DNA of 63,989 bases, counting the filler, from Reticulomyxa filosa (taxonomy: Eukaryota; Protista; Foraminifera): the NCBI GenBank assembly GCA_000512085.1. It is 11 parts of 11 records of this genome, joined end to end, with 100 filler letters (N's around TTAATTAATTAA, not from the genome) between each part and the next. Parts side by side here need not be neighbours in the genome. Positions count along the whole stretch, not along the records: positions 48,648 to 57,457 come from ASPP01005692.1; positions 57,558 to 59,036 come from ASPP01002256.1; positions 59,137 to 61,768 come from ASPP01020518.1; positions 61,869 to 63,989 come from ASPP01001120.1; 7 more parts are not named here. One strand, 5' to 3'. Positions within the stretch are counted from its first letter, which is position 1; each line of letters opens with the position of its first letter. Position numbers and translations under genes: made by a program. Below, piece by piece: positions 54,701 through 63,989 of the stretch. The notes below the pieces were generated by a model, which was given only the letters and a program-made list of their open reading frames with translations, was not told the DNA's origin and ran no database searches.

Positions 54701-55526
54701 GACAGACAGTTGTTGGAATATCAGCATACCTTTTGTATCTTTTATTCCAAGTGATATGTTTTTTAAATAGTTGTCATTTTATTATTTGCACAAAATAGAC
54801 ACACACATCAATAATACATGATTTGTTCCCCGAGAAGTTCTCTGTAAAATATCCACAGAAATGATAATGTAATATCATTATTTGTATAATACCAATTATT
54901 GTCATTGCTTTTTTCAAATCCAATTTCTTGTAAAATATTTTGCATATCTCTACATATTGAATTAATACTTTCACCTAATTGTTGGCATTTGAATTGTAAA
55001 TTATTATATAACATCTCATGACTGATTCGTCGATATTTCATGCATTTAGGATATTTCAAAATATTCCACAGTATGTGTAAACATATTTCGCTTATTATTT
55101 TAAAACTTCTTTCTTCTTTCGATCTATTTTATTCCAAATATTAGCAATAATCATATTTTTACTAATAATGATGAGGATTATTTTATAAACATTTAACTTC
55201 TTAATAGAATAAATTACTTTTAATTTCAAAACTGTGTCATAATATATTTGCTTGCAATCACTCCATTTTTGCAATATTGTTGCATTTTCAACTTTACGAT
55301 AAAATTTCACAAATAATTTCATTAAATGTTTTTGTTGTTTCGAAGTTTTGCTATATTTATCCATCAATATTTTCTTTTTTATCATAAAAAAATAAAATTT
55401 TAACGTATTTTCTGCGACATAATTCAAGATAGTTTCTGTTTTGTCCAAGGTCTGAAAGTAGTTCCACGCGTCTAAAATAACACTTTCACTTATTTCGGGA
55501 AAAGTTTGCTGGAGTTTTGCAAGCAT
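51738..55526 (-). CDS. Large multi-exon protein: CUE-like N-terminus, unknown domain, Kelch-like propeller, conserved linker, 7-repeat WD40 propeller
   Basis: LQQTFPEISESVILDAW (CUE-like). Kelch-like LPTPLYQSQCVIHKHELLICGG..CYSYHTIKNEYKFICNYP..LEGHCVVKL and ILFFGG..IHIVGG. Linker LVIQHWVRILKIRLGWINDFNKII. WD40 repeats GH..V..FSP.G..IVS.S.D.TIRLW. Confidence 0.85.
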
Positions 55527-56089
55527 AATGGAGAATGAATTTAAAGAAAAATAAGCTTCTTTCTTTTTTACAAATTGGAGTAGCGCTGGAAACCACTGCG
55601 GAAAGTATTTTTTTTGGAAAGGGCGTAAAACTAGGTCTCTGTTAAAAAAAAACATTTATTGAGTATTCTGAAAAAGTCACTCTATATTTTTGGGATTAAT
55701 AGTTTCAATGAATGAATACCCAATCAAAATTAGACGCTTTAAACGTATTGCAGATTTACATTGAACAAATTGATTAAGCATATCCAATTATTTTTCACTG
55801 CTTTTTTTAATGCGATTGTACAGTTCAGTTAATTTACAAAAACTGAGGGAACTTATAACAGAGTTACAAAAGGGAATAAATAAATATTTCGAAGCTATTC
55901 TTTGATTAACAAAAGATGTTTTATGATTTTTCTTTTTTATTGACAAATTGTTCGTTAATAGTGGTATATGTATAAACGGGAATCTTTTTCCAGCGTAATT
56001 CGTTTGGATAAATGAAGAAGCGTTTCAAAGAGATTGAAAAAAGCAAAAAAAAACACTTCATTATGAGTCATTTCTGAGAAATTCAAATA

Positions 56090-56400
56090 TTATCAGTTGC
56101 TTTGTGTTAACAGTTCTTTTCTTTTTCAGTGATACTATTTGACAATGAAACAATTTTACAATTATCTGGTGAAAATCTTACACTATTTATTACATCGTCA
56201 TGTCCCTGTAAAATTTTTAATATTTTAAAATAATTTATCTGTATATTATTAAATATAAATTATATTTTAAAAATATGTAATAAATAACATAACATATTTA
56301 ATAACAATCTTATTCAAATCATAAATTCATCCTAATTTAATGTTAAAATTCAAGTCCAGTTTTTAGTTGTTGTTATTACTTGTTTTTCTTGACTACATAA
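56090..56400 (-). pseudogene. Decayed remnant of the same linker+WD40 family
   Basis: Degenerate copy of the 52690-52790 linker (LGxIYDLNKIVIKY) and of the first WD40 repeat (LQGHDDVINSVRFSPD), with stops and indels. Confidence 0.65.
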
Positions 56401-57649
56401 CAACAAGATACAGTTGTATGTGCGTGTTTCATAATAACAAAAAAAAGAGAGAAAACACGTACTAATTGTGACGTCTGATTTAAATCCATTTCAAGATTAT
56501 AGTTAAAACTTTTTAAAATAAACTGAACTTTTGTCTTTTCTTGCAACTAAATCCTTACAAAAAAATGTTCCAACTGAAGAAAAGAAACCCAAAAAATTTA
56601 TTTCACTCTTTAGCAAGTTGATCTTAAATAAAAGCAATGATCTTTATATTGTTCCATTTTTAAAATGACATTTATGTTGGTATGACTATCACAAAAGAAT
56701 TTCATCTCTAAAAATCATTTAAAAAGTCATGTGACGAATCTTAAAAATGGATGTAGATTTTTTTTTTTTGACAGGATAAGGGGTTTAAATAAAGTAAATT
56801 TTTTTACAAGTTTCAAGGCAATTGATAATATTCTTTGATTGCTAAATGTTATAATGGAAAATTGAATATTATAAAATAACAAAACAAGACATTGAAAATA
56901 ATACAGTGAAGAATTAATGTTTTATTGAAAAAGTATTCCCACGCTTTCAAGCGTAGCTTCACTTACAGTTAGCATGTCATTGCAAATAAAATATATGAAA
57001 CAAAAAAAGACAACTGATTCGCATCCGAAGCGATAACATTTGGATGCAGGCAATTCACTTGATATTATGTTGTCAGAGCTATAACAATAATTCTCTTTTT
57101 TGACAAGTTGAATCCTTAAAAAAAATTATCTTTTAAAAAAAAGCCAATCAAAAACGAAAGATCATTAAAAGGTCAATTAAAGGATTATCAATCCAAAGAC
57201 AAATAGCACCATCTCAAATTTGAGTGCTACTATCTACAAATCATTTTTGTCTTAAATGTCAACACGTCCTTGGCATTTTCACAAACGTTGTCGTTTTCCT
57301 TTGGTACTTACACAAACACAATTTAACATCAAATTTTGTTGCAATAACTTGTGTTTTGGCTGATAATTGGAAATAAAACACATCTGCAAACTTAAAAAAA
57401 CTATTTTATAACTGACCAATGAAATCACACTTATAACTTTTGTAAAAAAAAAACTTGNNNNNNNNNNNNNNNNNNNNNNNNNNNNNNNNNNNNNNNNNNN
57501 NTTAATTAATTAANNNNNNNNNNNNNNNNNNNNNNNNNNNNNNNNNNNNNNNNNNNNTTTTTTTTTTTTGTAAAAGGGTCTCTTTGAAATGAAACATGTA
57601 TATTGTATATTAAGAAACATATGGTGACATTACATTTCCAAGATCCAGA

Positions 57650-57969
57650 GTAGCAGCTGCGAAAAGGGAAAGAGTAAAAAAAGAGGATGAGGAGAAGGTG
57701 GAGGAGTGAGTTCTTCTTCTTCTCCGGACGAAAGACCAGAGCTACAAAAGCGAAGAAAAACGGTCGGCGACTTCCATCGGCACGCCCAAGTCCATCATCG
57801 TCTGCCCTTCGATTCGCCTGTCCCCGCCAACGAAGATCGCCGTCGACATGAAGATCGAGACTCGTCTGTTCCCGCCGGTCAGACATCTAGTGATCACAAT
57901 GCAAAGCATAATTCCAATATAAGTACGAATGTAAATGCAAATGCAAATAGTAATAATAATGGCAATTGA
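57650..57969 (+). CDS. 3' exon fragment of a low-complexity hypothetical protein
   Basis: GC-richer open frame ending in an Asn-rich tail (NVNANANSNNNGN*), next to a contig edge. Confidence 0.45.
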
Positions 57970-59155
57970 AATAGTGGAGAAATACAATGATAAATTTAGA
58001 CAACTGAAAAGGTTGAAAAATAAGTGACAGAGGTTTATGCTTTTAATGCTAATGTCTTATACAATGTATTTGCTATTTGTGAAAAATTGTTGGTTTAAGT
58101 GTAAGATATTTGAACAAAAGTTATGAAAAATAGTAATAATAATATTTATTCGAAAAAATGATTCATTCTTGTAATAATTCTTGATTATGATTTATCCTTG
58201 AGCAGAAATAATATTACAAACTATATGAAAACAAAAATATTATTCAGATTACCATTTGATTATTCAACAGTTTCTAGTTAGTTTTTGTTTCGTTACCCGA
58301 CATCTCACTTCCACCGAAATAGTAAAAATAAACGCAGTGAATGAATACACAAACAATTGATATTTGATCAATTTTTTTTTTTGTGCCTAGCTTAAACACA
58401 ATCAAGCAATTCTTTCATGAGGAAGATCTTTCCATTAAAGAAGGATTCTAATATCTGGAAAACAAAAGATAAATGAGAGCTTGTGTGTGTGTCAACGTAT
58501 TCACTCAGTTGCCTTTGGTAAATTTATCACAGGCTAAATTGCTCACTTCTAAAGTCGTAGGGAACAGCATCTCTTAATTTTTTGTTATTTCTGGCTAGAA
58601 TATTTTCGACAAAAACTAAGTTCGTTGGAACTATTTTTCTTCGCATGAAATAACTCTTACAATAAAAAAAGCTTGGCAAGTACCAAAAAAACTTGCATAA
58701 ATGTTCAACTAATTATAAGATAAATTTTGACACGCCAATCATATAAATTTTTGTTTTTACTAACATTCAACAGTTGGGCATCAATATTGTGCAAAGCATA
58801 TTGATAACATAAAATTATCAATTTAAAGTTAGTATTTAATTTTTTTGTTAACTTTATGTTTGTTGGGAAAACGTTAAGAACTACTTCAAAAAGGGTCAAC
58901 CCATTTTTCTGCAATTTGAAGCATTGCTTTCAAGAAAAAAGTTAAGGAAGATGACAACAGATTCCAATCCAAATGATGATAACATATCAAAAAATTTGTT
59001 GATTTTGGATGATACCATTAAAAGTTGAGCAAGTGANNNNNNNNNNNNNNNNNNNNNNNNNNNNNNNNNNNNNNNNNNNNTTAATTAATTAANNNNNNNN
59101 NNNNNNNNNNNNNNNNNNNNNNNNNNNNNNNNNNNNTTCTTCTTCTTCTTCTTCT

Positions 59156-60129
59156 TTGCCTCATTGGCTATTGGATTTTCCCAAACTCACATGTCACAAA
59201 GGAAAAGACAAGACCAAGCCTGATGGCATTAGTGACGACCTAAAAAAAAAGACGGACGACACTGCCGCGCATGACCACGATACGTACTTGTTGGACATTC
59301 ATACCCGGTTGCAAGAGAAATGTGAAGAAGTCGAGCAGTTGAAAAAGCTCAATCGCATTTTAGTTGAGACTGTCGAACACATGCGCGAGCAAATGTTGGA
59401 TAAAAAACGAGGAATCAAAGACATCAGCGGATCTTCTGAAAGTCGTTCACTTGAGCCTTTGTCCAAGAAACACAAAGCTTGTGAAGATAACGATGCCAAC
59501 ACAAAAGAATGTATGGATGATATCACTGTCGTTATTGCAAACAAAGATATTCCACCAAAATGCAATAGTGATTATGACAATAGTGCTTTGCCAAATCAAC
59601 AAATAAACACTGATATTGACACAGCTGTGGACAGTTGTTCCAGTCCTTGGAAATCCAAGTTTTGTTACTCATTCACAAATCAACAGCCTCTCAATCTCAT
59701 TTTGTGATTTACACATTTTAGACACATCTTTTTTACGTACATATACACATATATATGAAATACTGACATCAAAACAGAACACCAGTACAGCTGTGTTTAG
59801 ATTGGCTCGCCAATGGTTATTGTGACAAACAAAGTCTGGGTGACAACAGCTGCTCTTTTGATCATCCCAAGATGCATGAAGCGTCCCAACGACTTTGCCC
59901 ATTTCTAAATGAAACTGGACATTGTGATCACCAAGATACCTGTTCTTTTGCACACAGTTTCAAAGTAATGCCGTGTATCAATCATTTTGAAGGAACCCAA
60001 GGTGGTTGTTTTGTTAAAGATTGTCCATACAATCACAATATGAATATTGAAGAATATAATCAATGGAAATGCTCTGAAGAGAAACAAAGAACTGCTCTTC
60101 AACAAATTGGTGAAAAAGTGCCATCATAG
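59156..60129 (+). CDS. Coiled coil + three CCCH zinc fingers (RNA-binding), 5' truncated
   Basis: After GT-AG intron ~59659-59777: CLDWLANGYC..CSFDH, CPFLNETGHCDHQDTCSFAH and CINHFEGTQGGCFVKDCPYNH. Confidence 0.85.
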
Positions 60130-60882
60130 AGCACTTGATTTGTCGCTTTGTCAAATGTTGTTGTTACATTGCCTCATTTGATTTTTTTCTTTCTTCTTAA
60201 TAATAACAAAACTGGTTACTTACATTATTTTTTTGAAGTGGGATTATTATTTCTAAACAAATTATTACAATTGTGTAACTTCAAAAATCACAACTACAAT
60301 AATTTTGAACATTAGCTTAACAAAGGCTGCAATCTCAATAAGTATGTAAAAATTGATGAAACTCGCAATGCCAGTTAAACAAATTATATTTAAAAAAAAC
60401 ATCCGATCTAAGTGAGGGCCTTTCCTGAAACAGGCTGCCAGCAGAACCACCTCTCTGAGCTATCCGGGACACCCCAATTACAATCTGCAGTGCAAGTAAT
60501 CATAAATTCGGAATCTGTAATTGCTCACCTCGTCGAAGTAGATTTGAAAAACATTATTGTTTTAACTTCTATTGAGTCAAATCAGATTTTATGTACTACT
60601 AATTTAAAAAATGAACAATACAGCTGATCTTTTTCAAAGAACAACTTTTTCCTTCGTTCTTTGACACAATAAACACAGAGATTGCTTTTTTCATAACAGG
60701 AATTGTAAGTTTTACTGTTAAGAACATTTGAGCCATGTTGCTCAATAATTGTATTTGAAGAAAATTTTTATAAAGTATGAAATTATTAAAAATCAGATAA
60801 AAGCTTTTGTAAATAAAAATACTTGGACTTTACAATGTATTTCCCAACCCCTTCCCAACAACGTTATATCTTTACTCTATAT

Positions 60883-61757
60883 CTAAAAGGAATCTTTCAT
60901 TTCCACATCATTTTGAGAAAGCTTTTTTTGTGAAGCAACAGATTGTTCTTGTTGTTTTTGATTTTCAAATTTTTCAGTCAAGTTTTTTTGTAATTCAAGA
61001 CTATCCATGTCGATGGATATTTCAGTATTTTTAATTTTGTGAATAATATCAATACCAATGATAGCTTCGGTATATTGATCTTTTAATTTCAAAGCAAGTT
61101 GATAACATTCTAAAGCTTTGTCAAAGTTTTTTCGATAAACACGATAATAATCACCCAAATGTCGAACAGGATTAGCAAAAGTGGGATCACTTTCAATGGC
61201 TTGACATAAATGAAAAAAAGCATCTTCAAGTATTTTTTCTCCAATGTTATTATCTTTATCATTTGATTCTTGATATTTGTTATCGCATTCATGCTCATTG
61301 ATACATTGTGTAATTTGGATTGTTTTATTGATCATTGCTAATGGATAAAAATCATGCAAGAGTAAAAATCCCAAGTTATTATGAGCTCCTGCATAATCAC
61401 TTTTTAATGATAATGCTTTTTTATATTGTTGCTTGGCTTCATAGATATGATTAATTTCACGTAAAACAAATCCTAAGTCAGTATGGCTACTGTAACTATC
61501 CGGATGAAAGTGTACCAGCTTTTTCAAATGATAAGCAGCTTTGTGCATTTCTTTCAATTCAATATACAATTCACATAAAGCGTCTCTTAAATGATAACTT
61601 TGAGGAATTTTTGTTAAACCCACCAAAAATACTTTTTCAGCCAATTCTGTCATTCCTAATTCCCAACAGCAATTTCCGAATGTCATACATGTATCTTTAA
61701 CTTCTTGTCCACTTGCTTCATGTATTACATGTAAACCTTTTTCAACAATTTCTTTTA
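60883..61757 (-). CDS. TPR-repeat protein, 3' part
   Basis: TPR units SHTDLGFVL..EAKQQYKKALSLKSDYAGAHNNLGFLL and NPVRHLGDYY..KALECYQLALKL. Confidence 0.85.
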
Positions 61758-62052
61758 CCTTTTTTTTTNNNNNNNNNNNNNNNNNNNNNNNNNNNNNNNN
61801 NNNNNNNNNNNNTTAATTAATTAANNNNNNNNNNNNNNNNNNNNNNNNNNNNNNNNNNNNNNNNNNNNTTTTTTTTTATTTTTATTTTTAAAACACTTTT
61901 ACAAATAAATATTTGTTTGTTTGTTGTATGCTATCAAAATCGATTAATAGCAAAACTTGCTCAAAGTCATTGAAGTTAAAAATTCATTATTTTTATCTTT
62001 TTCTTTCTTTTTTTAAGCAATTTGAATTGATTTGTTGTTTTTTTCTCTCTAA

Positions 62053-63348
62053 GTTACAAGAATTAGAATATGCCAAAGCCACAAGCGGAACTGATGGTGA
62101 ACCAGGCGATGGAACCACAAATGAAGAAGAAAATGAAGATATGTACAAAAAAGTTGAAGTAAATACTGCAGCATTACCTGGCGAGCAAGCCAATTCGAAT
62201 GAATCTAATCAAAATGGAGAAGAACTTATTTCTGCGGAAACCGACGGCCCTGCGGGAACCGTTCCATCAAATAATGTGGAACTCAGATCATTGAATGCCT
62301 TAACAGACAAAAAAAGAAAACAAACTGCTCGTTGGAAACCAGAAGATTTCGAAAACATGGACATTGAAACATTGGCCCGAATATTAGAAGCGTCTGCAGA
62401 GGTTAAAACAGAGACCGAGGCTCAACAAACTGGAGATCCAAACCCTTCTGAAGAAATGTTAGTATCAGTGGAACAGAAATATTTAGCAACATCCGCATTG
62501 CGACGAAAGATTATGGACAAACAATATTCTTGGTGGCATTGGTGCAAACATGCTGCTTGGGTTTTCACCATTGCATGGACTTTAATTTGTGCAGTGGTAA
62601 CTTTGATTTTTGTCGTGAGATTTGATATGCTCAGAGACGCTCAAAACAGCTATAAATCGCCACAAGAAAGTACCCAATGCCCAGCATCTTTAGTAGATAT
62701 TTCGGATCAGAATTCGACTCAATATTCAGCAAGTGAAAAAGCAATGTCCGATTATTTACAACACGTTTCCGCATCAACTTTAGATAGTAAACAAGGTTTT
62801 GCATTCCGTCAATCAGTCAGTCGCTGGTTAATGTCGATCTTCATTGGATTTTTGCTATCCTTGTTTGTATGGCAACCACTGTTTGATTTGATTTTGCAAA
62901 TCATCAAAGTGGCGAGATTTGATGTTAAGTAGTGGCTCTGTAGTACTATAATACACTTTATTCTATCTTTTTTTTGTTCTGCTATAATGTAAGAAGATAT
63001 CTCATATTTGATTAATATAAAACAAAATAGTCTGAAGAAGTAAATGAATCTTATTTCTTCTCCAACACAAAATTGTTGCTGACACAAGCAGAACGAGACG
63101 CACTCCTCCAAGCAGGTGCAAATATAGGTGCAGATGATGATGCAGACAGAGAATCAGATGGTGGAGATGATGCAGATTCACAACAAAGAGATAATGCAGA
63201 ACCTGTTCAACCTCAAAGTAATGAACCTCAAAACAATCAACAGCAGGAACAACAAGTTCCGCAAAATGTGTTGGACGAATTAGACAGACAGATGTCTATT
63301 GAAATGTTGCGTTCGCAAATTGAGTTAATGGAGAATAGGGACCCTTAA
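62053..63348 (+). CDS. C-terminal part of a polycystin-1/REJ-like membrane protein (TM region, no channel domain)
   Basis: YSWWHWCKHAAWVFTIAWTLICAVVTLIFVVRFD..SRWLMSIFIGFLLSLFVWQPL resembles the PKD1-family LPWWC..AW..F..WL.S...S..(Q/E)PLK block. A GT-AG intron leads to an acidic/Gln tail. Confidence 0.6.
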
Positions 63349-63989
63349 ACGAAAAAGAAAGTTGTTGTATGATTGGTGAGTATTTTTGGAAATGGTTTTT
63401 TCAATAAACTTCTTCTGTTTGTAAAGATGAAAATATGATTAACTCTCCTTAGCCTTCTGTTACACATTTGTAAAAAAGTAAAATTCAAATAGTAGATTTT
63501 TGGCCTTTTGTTTTGAGATAAAAAATAAAAAATACTTTTTTTAACTGTACTATCAGCACCACATTTCCATTAAATATTTATCCAAAATTAGAATTGAAAC
63601 ATGTTAACAAATTTTCTTACGTTTTTTCCAATTGAAAAAAAAATGTTTAATTTGTTTTCAATTCCTCTGAGAAAAGAAATTAGAAACTAAACACGAATGA
63701 TCACTTTTAATCAGTGAAAAACGATTTTTAAAAATCTTCCAAACTTCCTTCAGTTCAAGGGAAAAAAAAAAGCAAAGAAAATAAATCTGGCTGCAACTGT
63801 ACCATACTCGCACTACTTTTACGAGCAATGATATACAACTTTTAACAAACTACAAAAATCTTTGTCACTTGGCTACTAAAAGCAGCAATATTCATCATAC
63901 ACAAGAACTTGTTTTGTGCTAATGTCTTTCTTATTATTCTTATTCTCAGAGTTATTTGTGTCTATTCTTTAAATTGCAATGGCTCATGT

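Noticed and set aside
25069-60129. Stop-codon reassignment as a genome-wide genetic code change
   Set aside because: TAG (RPL12, dNK, CCCH), TGA (Rpn9, COPE, DGAT2) and TAA (Abi, TLDc, WD40) all terminate genes at the expected ends, and conserved exons are otherwise stop-free.
13748-61868. Regularly recurring TTAATTAATTAA palindrome flanked by N runs (possible repeat array or element end)
   Set aside because: It is an identical 100-nt artificial six-frame-stop linker joining contigs. Cross-linker gene neighbourhoods were therefore not interpreted.

Overview
AT-rich, intron-rich eukaryotic genomic DNA. It is not one locus: 11 contig pieces are joined by 10 artificial 100-nt linkers (N44-TTAATTAATTAA-N44, a six-frame stop spacer), so gene order across linkers means nothing. 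The Kelch/WD40 family, divergent 7TM receptors and homopolymer-laden introns suggest a foraminiferan, probably Reticulomyxa filosa (inference). Manual splicing recovers about 25 genes: glutathione reductase, Rpn9, two 7TM receptors, a small mitochondrial membrane protein, a TRAF-ZnF/PH protein, RalGAP-beta, an Abi-like protein, a homoserine dehydrogenase-like protein, an FN3-TLDc protein, ACSF3, RPL12, epsilon-COP, IQUB, a C2H2 factor, DGAT2, Rrp42, a deoxynucleoside kinase, a trypsin-fold protein, a Kelch/WD40 protein, CCCH, TPR and PKD1-like proteins. There is also a dead LINE RT and some pseudogene debris. Four signals stand out. (1) Unusual spliceosomal intron grammar: GTT donors, A-rich acceptors where AAG is the commonest end, usually no polypyrimidine tract, and complementary U-rich/A-rich arms that could fold introns into hairpins. 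(2) About 10 frame breaks in otherwise intact genes, all repairable by adding one base; assembly under-calls are most likely, but insertional editing or recoding is testable. (3) Two apparent pseudoenzymes. (4) An Abi protein fused to a WASH/CCDC53-type module. All family assignments come from motif recognition by eye; no searches were run.
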